Of a stretch of 64,000 nt of DNA, positions 9,379 to 19,487 are shown one piece after another (within the stretch, counting starts at the first letter, position 1; every line of letters begins with the position of its first letter). Made by a program: the position numbers and the translations under genes. The notes beneath the pieces are model-generated. The model ran no database searches. It was not told the DNA's origin and was given only the letters and a program-made list of their open reading frames with translations. Origin of the DNA: an uncultured bacterium (GTDB taxonomy: Bacteria; Actinomycetota; Acidimicrobiia; Spongiisociales; UBA5794); the NCBI GenBank assembly GCA_963777645.1, contig CAVZRA010000001.1, positions 669-64,668 on the forward strand. Direction: 5' to 3'.

Positions 9379-9610
9379 GAGTTACCTTTCGCAGGTTGAT
9401 TGGCGGGCAATTGTACCCAACCGTTGCGAGTTTCCAATGCAACCACTGTAGATCACACGATCCGGCTTAGACACCGGCCGAGCGAGTCACCGCGCTCCGG
9501 TATTGTCACCGTCATCGTGCCTGTACGGTGACTGATACCTTGATCGGGACGGGGTCGCTAGAGCTTTAGCGGGCCTACACTGAAAAGAGTGAACATGTTG
9601 GGAGCCAGAC

Positions 9611-11329
9611 ATGGACGACTCCGGTAAGAACGAGAACCTGCAGACGACGGTGCGCATGCTCGAAGAGGAGATCGCCGTGCTGCGGCGACGCCTCCAGGAT
9701 GCACCGCGCCGGGTACGGGTCCTGGAAGAGCGCCTGCTCGAGAGTAGGAACAAACTGGCACAGGCGGCAGGGCAGAACCAGAAGCTCGCTGCCGCCCTCG
9801 AGGAGACCCGGGAGCAGCTTGCGTTGCTCCGCGATGAGGTCGAGAAGCTGACCGCACCACCAAACCCGTTCGGCGTCGTGCTCGGGGTCAACGACGATGG
9901 CACCGCAGACGTGTACAGCGCCAACCGCAAGCTGCGGGTCAACGTCGAGCCCAACCTCGAGATCAAGGCGCTCGAGATCGGCCAGGAAGTGCTGCTCAAC
10001 GAGTCGTACAACATCGTCGACGTCAGATCGTTCGAGGGTGGCGGTGAGGTTGTCGCCATCAAGGAGTCGCTCGGCGACGGGAGATTGCTCGTGTTGGGCC
10101 GCGCCGACGAGGAACGTGTCGTCGAGCTGGGAGCACCGTTGCGCAATGAGCAGTTGCGGGCCGGTGACCATGTTCGGATTGAGCCCAAGACCGGGTTGGT
10201 GCTGGAGAGGCTTGTGCGACCCGAGGTTGAAGAGCTTGTGCTCGAAGAGATACCCGATGTCACTTACGAGGCGATCGGCGGTCTCGAGTCACAGATCGAG
10301 GTCATCAGGGATGCCGTCGAGCTCCCCTATCTCTACAAAGAGCGATTCCAGGATTACAGCCTGCCCCCGCCGAAGGGCGTGCTCCTTTACGGGCCTCCGG
10401 GCTGTGGCAAGACTCTGATCGCCAAGGCGGTCGCCAACAGTCTGGCGAAAGCGGTGGGTGAAAAGGAGGGTGATGCCGACGTTCGCTCCTACTTCCTCAA
10501 CATCAAGGGCCCCGAGCTGCTCAATAAATATGTTGGTGAAACCGAGCGTCAGATCCGGCTCATCTTCCAACGAGCTAAGGAAAAATCGGACGAGGGTGTG
10601 CCGGTCATAGTCTTCTTCGACGAGATGGACTCGCTGTTCCGCACCAGAGGCACCGGGGTGTCATCCGATGTCGAGTCGACGATCGTGCCGCAGCTCCTTT
10701 CGGAGCTCGACGGTGTCGAGTCGCTCAAGAACGTGATCGTCATTGGTGCGTCCAACCGCGAGGACCTGATCGATCCTGCGATTCTCCGCCCGGGGCGACT
10801 AGACGTGAAGGTGAAGATCGACCGGCCGGGGCCGGAAGCAGCAAGGCGGATCTTTGAGATCTACCTCAGCCCCGATCTTCCGTTTGCGGCGAGCTCGCTT
10901 GCCGAGCACAACGGAGATGCGAATTTGCTGATCAAGACGATGGTCGATCGGGTTGTCGAGAGAATGTACGCCGAGTCGGAGGAGAACCGGTTTCTCGAAG
11001 TCACCTATGCCAACGGGGACAGGGAGACTCTGTATTTCAAGGACTTTGCCAGCGGAGCGATGGTTGAGAACATCGTGCGGCGTGCCAAAAAGGACGCCAT
11101 CAAGAATGAGATTGCCGGCAACCTGCCGGGCTTGCACGAGCGATATCTCATCGACGCCATCGTTCAAGAGTTCCGCGAGCACGAGGATCTGCCCAACACG
11201 ACGAACCCCGACGACTGGGCTCGCATCTCCGGTAAGAAGGGGGAACGGATCGTTTACGTGCGCACCCTCATCGAGGGCGAGGGTGAGAGCAGGTCCATAG
11301 AAGCAGTAACCCCCGGACAGTATCTGTGA
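9611..11329 (+). CDS. arc: Proteasome-associated AAA ATPase ARC/Mpa
   Basis: N-terminal coiled coil, GPPGCGKT Walker A, FFDEMD Walker B, C-terminal GQYL. Confidence 0.97.
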   Translation: MDDSGKNENLQTTVRMLEEEIAVLRRRLQDAPRRVRVLEERLLESRNKLAQAAGQNQKLAAALEETREQLALLRDEVEKLTAPPNPFGVVLGVNDDGTADVYSANRKLRVNVEPNLEIKALEIGQEVLLNESYNIVDVRSFEGGGEVVAIKESLGDGRLLVLGRADEERVVELGAPLRNEQLRAGDHVRIEPKTGLVLERLVRPEVEELVLEEIPDVTYEAIGGLESQIEVIRDAVELPYLYKERFQDYSLPPPKGVLLYGPPGCGKTLIAKAVANSLAKAVGEKEGDADVRSYFLNIKGPELLNKYVGETERQIRLIFQRAKEKSDEGVPVIVFFDEMDSLFRTRGTGVSSDVESTIVPQLLSELDGVESLKNVIVIGASNREDLIDPAILRPGRLDVKVKIDRPGPEAARRIFEIYLSPDLPFAASSLAEHNGDANLLIKTMVDRVVERMYAESEENRFLEVTYANGDRETLYFKDFASGAMVENIVRRAKKDAIKNEIAGNLPGLHERYLIDAIVQEFREHEDLPNTTNPDDWARISGKKGERIVYVRTLIEGEGESRSIEAVTPGQYL

Positions 11330-12822
11330 CCCAGCCGACGGTGACACAGATGGTTCTGGGCACCGAGACAGAGTTTGGGATCACCGTACTCAACCAGGAC
11401 GACTTCAACCCGGTGTCGGCTGCGTCAACGCTGGTCAACTCCTATGCGGGCAGCCGTGCTCGGATCAGATGGTCGTTCGACGAGGAGACCCCTGGTCGCG
11501 ATGCCCGCGGCTTCGGCTATGACCTGAGTCCCTCATACGACCTCGAGTCGGGTTTAGTCAACGTCGTGCTTGGCAACGGCGCGCGCTTCTATGTCGATCA
11601 CGCACACCCTGAGTACTCGAGCCCGGAGTGTGTCGACCCGCTCCAGGCTGCGCTGTACGACAAGGCAGGCGAGGTGGTGCTCGCCCATGCTGTGCGAGCA
11701 GCCCAGCAACTGCTGGAGCCCGGGCAACGGTTCATCATCTACAAGAACAACTCCGACGGGAAGGGCAACTCATACGGTGCCCACGAGAACTATCTGATCT
11801 CGAGGTCGCTGCCGTTCGGACAGATCGTCGACCACATGACTGCATTCTTCGTCACCCGGCAGATCTTCACCGGGTCGGGGAAGGTGGGTGCCGAGAACGG
11901 TCGGCCGCGGGTCGATTTCCAGATCACCCAGCGTGCCGATTTCTTCGAGGAGGAAGTCGGGTTGGAGACCACGTTGAAGCGGCCCATCATCAACACGAGG
12001 GATGAGCCGCACGCCGACGCTTCCAAGTACCGGCGGCTACATGTGATCATCGGCGACGCCAACCTCTCCGAGGTGCAGACCTTCCTCAAACTCGGGGCAA
12101 CCGCGGCGGTGTTGCATGCGGTCGAGGCGGGTGCCATTTCGGAGCCGCTGCTGCTGGCTCGGCCGGTGGAGTCTGTCTGGAAGGTGAGTCATGATGTGTC
12201 GTTGGGGCTCGTCCTCGAGCTCACCAACGGCAAGACGATCACGGCCCTCGAAGCGCAGTGGCAGTATCTCGAGTGGGTTCGCAAGTACCTGGCATCGGCG
12301 GACGTCGCCGAGCAGTACTCCGATCTCATCCCCACGTGGGAGGCGATGCTCACCGATCTCGAGAGAGATCCCATCTCTACTGCAGATCGGCTCGATTGGA
12401 CCGCCAAGCTCCGTGTCCTCGAGGGTTACCGGGAGCGGGACGGTCTCGGCTGGGACGACCCCAAACTCCGACTCCTCGATCTGCAATACCATGATGTCGA
12501 TCCGGATCGGGGTATCTACAACCGGCTGGCGGCGACAGGACGGATGAGGCGGTTGTTCGATGACCGTGCAATCGTCGAGGCGGCACACCGTCCTCCTGCT
12601 GAGACGAGGGCGTACTTCAGGGGCGAGTGTGTCACTCGATTTGGCGGCTCACTGGTGGCCGCCAACTGGGACTCGTTGGTGTTCGACATCGGTGAAGCTG
12701 CACTACGACGGGTGCCTATGATGGAGCCACTTCGCGGCGGCAAGGATCGAGTCGGGGAATTGCTTGATCGAGTAGCTACGCCCGCAGAGCTGATACGGGC
12801 CCTAGGAGGCGACAGTGACTGA
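11326..12822 (+). CDS. dop: Pup deamidase/depupylase
   Basis: [39 protein letters not shown]. Confidence 0.95.
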   Translation: MTQPTVTQMVLGTETEFGITVLNQDDFNPVSAASTLVNSYAGSRARIRWSFDEETPGRDARGFGYDLSPSYDLESGLVNVVLGNGARFYVDHAHPEYSSPECVDPLQAALYDKAGEVVLAHAVRAAQQLLEPGQRFIIYKNNSDGKGNSYGAHENYLISRSLPFGQIVDHMTAFFVTRQIFTGSGKVGAENGRPRVDFQITQRADFFEEEVGLETTLKRPIINTRDEPHADASKYRRLHVIIGDANLSEVQTFLKLGATAAVLHAVEAGAISEPLLLARPVESVWKVSHDVSLGLVLELTNGKTITALEAQWQYLEWVRKYLASADVAEQYSDLIPTWEAMLTDLERDPISTADRLDWTAKLRVLEGYRERDGLGWDDPKLRLLDLQYHDVDPDRGIYNRLAATGRMRRLFDDRAIVEAAHRPPAETRAYFRGECVTRFGGSLVAANWDSLVFDIGEAALRRVPMMEPLRGGKDRVGELLDRVATPAELIRALGGDSD

Positions 12823-13003
12823 GAGAGACCGCAAGCAGACCGGTTCGCGCGAGTCTGACGAGGCCGTCGAGAAGATCTCCGGTAGCGAGCAGGGTGAGGA
12901 GATCACCGATCGAATCGATGACATCCTCGATGAGATTGACACCGTTCTCGAAGAGAACGCCGAGGAGTTCGTCAAGAACTACGTCCAGAAGGGCGGAGAG
13001 TGA
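12815..13003 (+). CDS. pup: Prokaryotic ubiquitin-like protein Pup
   Basis: [28 protein letters not shown]; the GGE end means no deamidation step is needed. Confidence 0.97.
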   Translation: MTERDRKQTGSRESDEAVEKISGSEQGEEITDRIDDILDEIDTVLEENAEEFVKNYVQKGGE

Positions 13004-13800
13004 GCGAGCGTCAGCCGTGGCGTGGTGATCTTCTGCCACTAGATGTCGTCAGCCCGGGTTCCAGCTTCCAGTCTCTACTCGAGTCGCAAGGTCTGGCACC
13101 GACGTGGGCGACACCGGGTACAGGTCACATCGAAGCCCCCGAAGCCACCACCGTCCTCGCGATCCGGTACGGCGAAGGCGTCATCATGGCCGGTGACCGC
13201 AGAGCGACCGCAGGCAACGTGATCGCCCACCGCAGAGTCAAGAAGGTCTACGCGGCCGACGGATTCTCAGCCGTAGCCATCTCGGGTACCGCCGGCATGG
13301 CCATCGAGCTGACAAGGCTCTTTCAGACCGAGCTCGAGCACTACGAGAAGATCGAAGGCATGCGGCTCAGCCTCGAGGGCAAAGCGAACTTCCTCGCCCG
13401 CATGGTTCGTGGCAACCTCCCACTTGCGTTCCAGGGCCTTGTTGTTGTTCCACTGTTCTGCGGCTACGACGAGCTGAGCAACGTTGGTCGCCTCTACACG
13501 TTCGATGTGGTCGGCGGCCGCTACGAAGAGCAGGACTACGCCGCCACCGGTTCGGGCGGAGCCGAGGCGAAGTCGTTCATCAAAGGTGTATATGAGGCCG
13601 ACCTCGGAGAGGATCGCGCCGTCGAGATCGCGATTGAGGCTCTGGTGGCTGCGGCAGAGGAAGACGCCGCGACCGGCGGGCCGGATCTCCGGCGCGGCAT
13701 CTACCCGAACGTGGTTGTCATCAATGAGAACGGGATCAGTGAGGTGGCCGACGATCGTGTCGGAGAAGTGGCATCCAGGGTGATGGGAGGCCGGCCATGA
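13000..13800 (+). CDS. prcB: 20S proteasome beta subunit
   Basis: Propeptide then [28 protein letters not shown]. Confidence 0.96.
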   Translation: MSERQPWRGDLLPLDVVSPGSSFQSLLESQGLAPTWATPGTGHIEAPEATTVLAIRYGEGVIMAGDRRATAGNVIAHRRVKKVYAADGFSAVAISGTAGMAIELTRLFQTELEHYEKIEGMRLSLEGKANFLARMVRGNLPLAFQGLVVVPLFCGYDELSNVGRLYTFDVVGGRYEEQDYAATGSGGAEAKSFIKGVYEADLGEDRAVEIAIEALVAAAEEDAATGGPDLRRGIYPNVVVINENGISEVADDRVGEVASRVMGGRP

Positions 13801-14480
13801 GCATGCCGTTCTACGTCCCCCCCGAGCAACTCACCAAGGATCGTGCCGACTTTGCGAGGAAGGGAATCGCAAGAGGGAGACCGATCGTCGTCATCGAATA
13901 CACAGACGGCGTTCTCCTCATCGGAGAGAACCCGAGTGGCTCGTTGCACAAGACCAGCGAGATCTATGACCGGATCGGTTTTGCCGGCGTTGGCAGATTC
14001 AACGAGTTTGAGATGCTCCGGGTCGCCGGGATCAGGTACGCCGACTTGAAGGGCTACTCGTACGAGCGTGATGACGTGACTGCAAAGGGCCTGGCAAATG
14101 CCTATGCGCAGACCCTCGGTCAGATCTTCACGCACGAGATGAAGCCGTACGAGATCGAGGTGATGATTGCCGAGATCGGCAGAGACAGCGACCAGACGGA
14201 GATCTATCGGATCCAATTCGACGGAACCTTGCGCGACGTGCGCAAGTACGGCGCCATGGGCGGCATGGAAGAAGCGTTGACCGAGCGGTTGGAGGGCGCA
14301 TATGACGGTCTTCCAGAATTGAGGGCCGCCGTGCGCATGGCGGCAGACACGATCGAAGCCGTGCTGGAGAGCACCGTAGAACCCGAAGACTGGGAAGCGG
14401 CGGTCCTCGACCGGTCGCTGACGAGGAGACGGAAGTTCCGCAGACTCGAACCGGCGGAGATCGCGGAGTTGCGCTCCTAG
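13797..14480 (+). CDS. prcA: 20S proteasome alpha subunit
   Basis: MPFYVPPEQL.KDRADFARKGIARGR, KPYEIE. Confidence 0.96.
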   Translation: MSMPFYVPPEQLTKDRADFARKGIARGRPIVVIEYTDGVLLIGENPSGSLHKTSEIYDRIGFAGVGRFNEFEMLRVAGIRYADLKGYSYERDDVTAKGLANAYAQTLGQIFTHEMKPYEIEVMIAEIGRDSDQTEIYRIQFDGTLRDVRKYGAMGGMEEALTERLEGAYDGLPELRAAVRMAADTIEAVLESTVEPEDWEAAVLDRSLTRRRKFRRLEPAEIAELRS

Positions 14481-14552
14481 TAGGTCATCGCAGGTCGTAG
14501 CCTGCCGCGGTGTGGTCGGAAGCGGGCACTTCTCACCCATCACTGCACTACT

Positions 14553-15917
14553 GTGCCATTGATGCGTCGCAGGATCATCGGAATCGAGAACGAGTACGGA
14601 GTGACGTGCGTGCTGCGCGGGCAGCGCCGGCTCTCTCCCGACGAGGTTGCCCGCTATCTCTTCCGCCGCGTTGTCAGCTGGGGTCGTTCCTCGAATGTCT
14701 TCCTCGAGAATGGGGCTCGGCTCTATCTCGATGTTGGGAGCCATCCCGAGTATGCGACCCCGGAATGTGACAGCCTCTACGACGCAGTTGCTCATGACCG
14801 GGCGGGTGAGCGAATTCTCGAAGGCCTCGTCGACAGTGCCGAGCGCAGGCTCGAGGACGAGGGGATTCGTGGCCAGATCTACCTGTTCAAGAACAACACG
14901 GACTCTGCGGGAAACTCGTACGGTTGCCACGAGAACTATCTGGTCGGGCGCCACGGCGATTTTCAGAAGGTCATCGACACCCTGATCCCGTTCTTCGTCA
15001 CCCGTCAGATCTTCGCAGGCGCAGGCAAGCTCCTGCACACGGCGCGCGGCACCATCTTCAGTCTGGCGCAGCGGGCCGAGCACATATGGGAAGGGATCTC
15101 GTCGGCGACCACCAGGAGCAGGCCGATCATCAACACGCGGGACGAACCACACGCAGACGCTGAGAAATACCGCAGGCTTCACGTGATCGCAGGCGACTCG
15201 AACATGTCGGAGTACGTGTCATACGTCAAGCTCGGTACCACGCTGGCGTTGCTGCAGATGCTCGAAGACGACATCGTCTTCCGGGATCTCAGCCTCGAGA
15301 ACCCGATTCGCGCCATCAGGGAGATCTCTCACGACGTGACCTGCAAGCGCCGGGTCCGGCTAGTCAACGGTCGGGAGCTCTCTGCCCTCGACATCCAGTG
15401 GGAGTACCTGGACCGGGCCATGCGCTATGCCCGTACCACCGGGTTCCCCGCCGAGGTCGAGAGCGCCATCATGATGTGGGAGAAGCTGCTGACCGGGCTG
15501 GAGAAAGATCCGATGACGCTCCATCGAGAGTTGGATTGGGTGGCCAAGTACAGGTTGATCGAGCGGTACCGGGAGAAGCACAACCTGGCACTTTCCGACC
15601 CGAAGCTCGGATTGCTCGACCTGACTTATCACGACGTCAACCGGGAGCGTGGTCTGTACTACTTGCTCGAGCGGCGTGGCGAGATGGAGAGGGTTGTCAC
15701 AGATGAGAGTGTCGAACAGGCGATGACCGAACCGCCGCAGACGACGCGAGCACGACTGCGCGGCGAGTTCATCAAGGCAGCCAAGGCACGGAAGCGCGAC
15801 TTCACCGTCGACTGGGTCCACCTCAAGCTGAACGATCAGGCGCAGCGCACGGTGTTGTGCAAGGACCCGTTCAAATCGGTGGATGATCGTGTCGAGAAGC
15901 TGATCGCCGGTCTCTAG
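14553..15917 (+). CDS. pafA: Pup--protein ligase
   Basis: [42 protein letters not shown]. Confidence 0.97.
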   Translation: MPLMRRRIIGIENEYGVTCVLRGQRRLSPDEVARYLFRRVVSWGRSSNVFLENGARLYLDVGSHPEYATPECDSLYDAVAHDRAGERILEGLVDSAERRLEDEGIRGQIYLFKNNTDSAGNSYGCHENYLVGRHGDFQKVIDTLIPFFVTRQIFAGAGKLLHTARGTIFSLAQRAEHIWEGISSATTRSRPIINTRDEPHADAEKYRRLHVIAGDSNMSEYVSYVKLGTTLALLQMLEDDIVFRDLSLENPIRAIREISHDVTCKRRVRLVNGRELSALDIQWEYLDRAMRYARTTGFPAEVESAIMMWEKLLTGLEKDPMTLHRELDWVAKYRLIERYREKHNLALSDPKLGLLDLTYHDVNRERGLYYLLERRGEMERVVTDESVEQAMTEPPQTTRARLRGEFIKAAKARKRDFTVDWVHLKLNDQAQRTVLCKDPFKSVDDRVEKLIAGL

Positions 15918-15981
15918 CCAGAGAGCATCGTCCGCCGACAGGGTCATTGCACCAGGCGCACCGGGGTCTAATGTCGACGCT

Positions 15982-16902
15982 GTGCACAAGGTTATCGAAC
16001 GCATCCTCAATCTGCTCGCCTTCCTGCTCACCGCGGGCCGCCCGGTGACCGCCGACGAGATCAGGACTACGGTCGCGGGCTACGACCAGAGCACGGACGA
16101 AGCGTTCCATCGCATGTTCGAGAGGGACAAGGACTTGCTGCGGCGCCTGGGCATCCCGCTGGAGCTGGCTCCTACAGACGGATGGCAGGTCGAGCACGGC
16201 TACATGGTCGACCCGGATGCCTATGCATTACCCGACCCAGGGCTCACCGACGAGGAGCGAGCCGCATTGTGGCTCGCCGCAGAAGTTGTCCGGGTTGGTG
16301 GCGTGGCGGCAGGGAATGAGGCTCTGTTCAAGCTGGGAGGGGCGCCGGTGACGGCTTCCGGCGAGCCACTGGCGGCCTCACTCACCGACGGGTCCGAGGA
16401 TCTCGGCGACGCGTTCATGGCGATCGCCGAACGGCGCTTCATCAACTTGACCTACCGGGGGCGGCCTCGTCGCGTCGCCCCATACGGTCTCGTGCACCGT
16501 CGCGGCCATTGGTACCTGGTGGGTGACGACGATGGGGTGGTCAAGGTATTCCGCATGGATAAGGCAACCGCGGTTTCGGCCGGTGTTGATCCCGGCGTGT
16601 TCACCCGCCCGCAGGGTTTTCGTGCTTCCGAGTTCATTCCGGAGACACCGTGGGAAGCCGGCGCGGAAGAGCTCATCGCAACAGTCCGGATCGATGCGAG
16701 CATCGCCTGGTGGGCCAGGCGCCAGATCGGTGGTAGGAGCGAGATCGTCGAATCAGCCGATGGCGGCATCGAGGCTCGCCTGCCGGTGGCCAACCCGGAA
16801 GCATTCATCGGCTGGCTGCTCTCCTTCGACGACCAGGCAGAACTACTCGGCCCCCCGGAGCTGCGCCAGCGTCTGATCGCCCGGGTCGAGGCGCGCACAT
16901 GA
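15982..16902 (+). CDS. pafB: WYL-domain transcriptional activator PafB
   Basis: ERILNLL...RMFERDKDLLRRLGIP wHTH; WYL motif HWYLVG. Confidence 0.9.
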   Translation: MHKVIERILNLLAFLLTAGRPVTADEIRTTVAGYDQSTDEAFHRMFERDKDLLRRLGIPLELAPTDGWQVEHGYMVDPDAYALPDPGLTDEERAALWLAAEVVRVGGVAAGNEALFKLGGAPVTASGEPLAASLTDGSEDLGDAFMAIAERRFINLTYRGRPRRVAPYGLVHRRGHWYLVGDDDGVVKVFRMDKATAVSAGVDPGVFTRPQGFRASEFIPETPWEAGAEELIATVRIDASIAWWARRQIGGRSEIVESADGGIEARLPVANPEAFIGWLLSFDDQAELLGPPELRQRLIARVEART

Positions 16903-17834
16903 CGAGCCCCAAGACAGAGAAACGCCTCAGCCGACTGCTTGCGATGCTTCCGTGGGTGATCGCCAATCCTGGGAGCACCGTCGCCGAGGTTTGTGATCGC
17001 TTCGGCTACACGAGTGCGGAGCTCGCCACGGATCTGAATCTCGTCTTTGTGTGCGGTCTGCCCGGCTATGGCCCGGGTGACCTCATGGTCGCCTACGTCG
17101 ACGAGGATGAGGTTGTGGTTGAGATGGCGGACTACTTTGCCAACCCGATCAAGCTCACGCCGTTGGAGGCCCTCTCGCTGCTGGCAGCTGGTATGGCCTT
17201 GCTCTCGACGGGTCAAGCACCTGCGGCGTTGAAGACGGCGGTGGTCAAGCTGCAGAAGGCGATCGTCGGGGGGGATGAGGAGAACCTCATCGTTGACCTT
17301 GCCGAGCCCCCGTTCGTTGCTGAGCTGAGAGCCGCTGCCCGGAGCTCGACGGTCGTCGAAATCGTCTACACCGCACTCGGCACCGGCAAGACGAGCACCC
17401 GGGAAGTGGAGCCGTGGATCGTCTTTGCCACGATGGGCAACTGGTACCTGAGGGCGTACTGTCGCTCGGCAGCGGCAGAGCGTGTCTTTCGCGTCGACAG
17501 GATCCAGACGGTTCTCACGAAGGCAGAGAGTTTCGAACCGCCAAAGGAGAAGCTCGCACCTGAAATCGGTTACGTGCCGAATGAGGAAGATGTACGTGCG
17601 GTGATCAGGCTCCACGAGCAGGCGCGCTGGGTCGCTGCCTACTACCCGGTCGAGATCGTTGCCGATACCGGTGCTGGTCTCGACGTGCGGTTCTCTGCTT
17701 CGGACGCCTCGGTAATCGCCCGGCTGCTCATCCGTCTGGGCGGTACGGCAGAGCTGCTCGAAGGTGATGAGGTTGCTGAGAAAGAGGCCCAATTGCGGGC
17801 CAGCATCCTGGGTCGCTACGCCGTAGCCGGGTGA
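16899..17834 (+). CDS. pafC: WYL-domain transcriptional activator PafC
   Basis: RLLAMLPW...CGLPGYGPGDL; WYLRAYC...FRVDRI. Confidence 0.9.
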   Translation: MTSPKTEKRLSRLLAMLPWVIANPGSTVAEVCDRFGYTSAELATDLNLVFVCGLPGYGPGDLMVAYVDEDEVVVEMADYFANPIKLTPLEALSLLAAGMALLSTGQAPAALKTAVVKLQKAIVGGDEENLIVDLAEPPFVAELRAAARSSTVVEIVYTALGTGKTSTREVEPWIVFATMGNWYLRAYCRSAAAERVFRVDRIQTVLTKAESFEPPKEKLAPEIGYVPNEEDVRAVIRLHEQARWVAAYYPVEIVADTGAGLDVRFSASDASVIARLLIRLGGTAELLEGDEVAEKEAQLRASILGRYAVAG

Positions 17835-17857
17835 CAACCGGCGGAGGGGCTACTCCG

Positions 17858-17888
17858 AATGACTACCCGCTAAATAGTCATTTAGCGG
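17858..17888. promoter_or_regulatory. Overlapping inverted repeats (candidate operator or alternative hairpins)
   Basis: CCGCTAAAT-AGTC-ATTTAGCGG (17867-17888) overlaps the pair AATGACTA (17858-17865) / TAGTCATT (17875-17882). Confidence 0.45.
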
Positions 17889-17946
17889 CAGGAGGATGTG
17901 CCGATGTCAAAGAGGAGAAACACACGCTCATTTGGAGTAGGGCCAC

Positions 17947-18240
17947 ATGACCACCATCAGAACTACGTGCAACCGCTGCGGGGACGTAGAGCTCACGACC
18001 GCCGACATCGGCCTGGAGCTGAGTTCAGAGACCTCGAGCGGCACCTATCGGTTCGCCTGCCCCTTCTGCGGCATTACCCAGCGACGCCCGGCAAACCACC
18101 GGGTCGTCAGCATCCTCCTCGCAACCGGCGTTGAGTACGACATCATCGCCACCACCGGCCCGATCACCGAATCCGAGATCGACGGTTTCGTTTCGTCACT
18201 GGACAGCGACGACTGGTTCTCGGAACTAGCCACCAACTAG
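17947..18240 (+). CDS. Small zinc-ribbon protein
   Basis: CNRCG...CPFCG; GGAG RBS upstream; terminator downstream. Confidence 0.75.
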   Translation: MTTIRTTCNRCGDVELTTADIGLELSSETSSGTYRFACPFCGITQRRPANHRVVSILLATGVEYDIIATTGPITESEIDGFVSSLDSDDWFSELATN

Positions 18241-18267
18241 CGAGAACTCCGACCCATACTCCAACAG

Positions 18268-18295
18268 GCGCCGACCATCACTGGTCGGCGCTTTT
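18268..18295 (+). terminator. Intrinsic terminator
   Basis: GCGCCGACCA-TCAC-TGGTCGGCGC followed by TTTT. Confidence 0.8.
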
Positions 18296-18348
18296 GTGTG
18301 CCACGACGGCGCAGCACAGAGTTCCGCGACAGCTAGCATCCTGCGTCT

Positions 18349-18780
18349 ATGGGCAATTTCAGCCTCTCCGAGATCGTCACCATCGTCGTCATCATCCTGA
18401 TCGTCTTCGGTCCGGACCGTCTGCCCGAGATGGCCAAGAAGGCGGGCCAGCTGGTCAGCAAGGGCAGGACGATGATCAACGACTTACGCCAGGAGTTCGA
18501 GAGCGAGTGGGGAGACGTTGCCCAGCCGCTCAAGGATGTCCGGCAGGAGCTCATGGGTGCCAAGGCCGACATGGAGTCGTCGATGGCTTCGCTCAACGAG
18601 GAGATCGCCAGGGCAAAGAGGGAGCTCGAAAAGCAGGTGGACGACGCCAAGGAGCAGCTCGAGGCGCAGCTAGGCGACACGGCAAAGGAGCCCAACGAGC
18701 CGGGGTCTGAAGATGACGGCGGCGAGCCGGGCGGAAACGGCGAAACCGGGCGGGGCGATGACGAGGAAGACGGCGAGTGA
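18349..18780 (+). CDS. tatB: Twin-arginine translocase TatA/TatB-family subunit (TatB-like)
   Basis: EIVTIVVIILIVFGPDRLPEMA, amphipathic helix, acidic tail. Confidence 0.8.
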   Translation: MGNFSLSEIVTIVVIILIVFGPDRLPEMAKKAGQLVSKGRTMINDLRQEFESEWGDVAQPLKDVRQELMGAKADMESSMASLNEEIARAKRELEKQVDDAKEQLEAQLGDTAKEPNEPGSEDDGGEPGGNGETGRGDDEEDGE

Positions 18781-19487
18781 TGGACGCCCGGATGTCATTG
18801 ATGAGCCACCTCGTCGAGCTGCGCTCGCGGATCATCAAGTCGGTGATCGCGCTTGCGGTCGGTACCGTGATTGGCTTCATCTTCTACATGGATATCCTCA
18901 ATATCCTGGCCAAGCCCTATGTGGACGCCACCAACGAGGGGCTTGCCTTCTTCCAGCCGACCGAGCCGTTCTCGCTGGCGTTGCGGGTGGCGCTGTTTGG
19001 CGGGGTGATCATCGCGAGCCCGGTCATCATCTATCAACTCTGGCGATTCATCGGCCCGGCCCTCACCAAGCGGGAGCGTCGCTATGTGTATCCGCTGAGC
19101 GGCATCATGGCGCTGTTGTTCGTCGCCGGCGTCGCGCTTGGCTACTACACGTTGCCACTGGCACTGCGTGTCCTGTTCAGCTTCGGCGGTGATCTGCTGA
19201 AGGAGACGGTGGGTGTCAACTACTACTTCAGCTTTGCGATGCGCTTCCTGCTCGCTTTCGGGGTCGCGTTCCAATTCCCGGTGTTTCTGTTCGCCGCTGC
19301 CGCTCTCGGGCTTGTCTCGAGCGACACGTTGCGGAGCCAGCGTCGCTGGGCTGTTGTGATCGTCGTCGTGACGGCGGCTCTGCTGACACCAGGCGGCGAT
19401 CCACTGTCGCTGACCCTGCTGTCGACGCCGATGTACGTGTTGTTCGAATTGTCGATCCTCGCCATCCGTCACATCCTGCATAAATGA
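18777..19487 (+). CDS. tatC: Twin-arginine translocase TatC
   Basis: MSLMSHLVELRSR, YQLWRFIGPAL...ERR, AFQFP, LTPGGDP. Confidence 0.95.
   Translation: MMDARMSLMSHLVELRSRIIKSVIALAVGTVIGFIFYMDILNILAKPYVDATNEGLAFFQPTEPFSLALRVALFGGVIIASPVIIYQLWRFIGPALTKRERRYVYPLSGIMALLFVAGVALGYYTLPLALRVLFSFGGDLLKETVGVNYYFSFAMRFLLAFGVAFQFPVFLFAAAALGLVSSDTLRSQRRWAVVIVVVTAALLTPGGDPLSLTLLSTPMYVLFELSILAIRHILHK

Noticed and set aside
15982-17834. WYL proteins as defence-island regulators
   Set aside because: Position after pafA and sequence motifs identify them as core PafB and PafC.
13701-17837. Long antisense ORFs (13701-15182 and 16452-17837 on the minus strand; similar cases elsewhere)
   Set aside because: They are shadow frames typical of high-GC DNA lying opposite well-identified genes.
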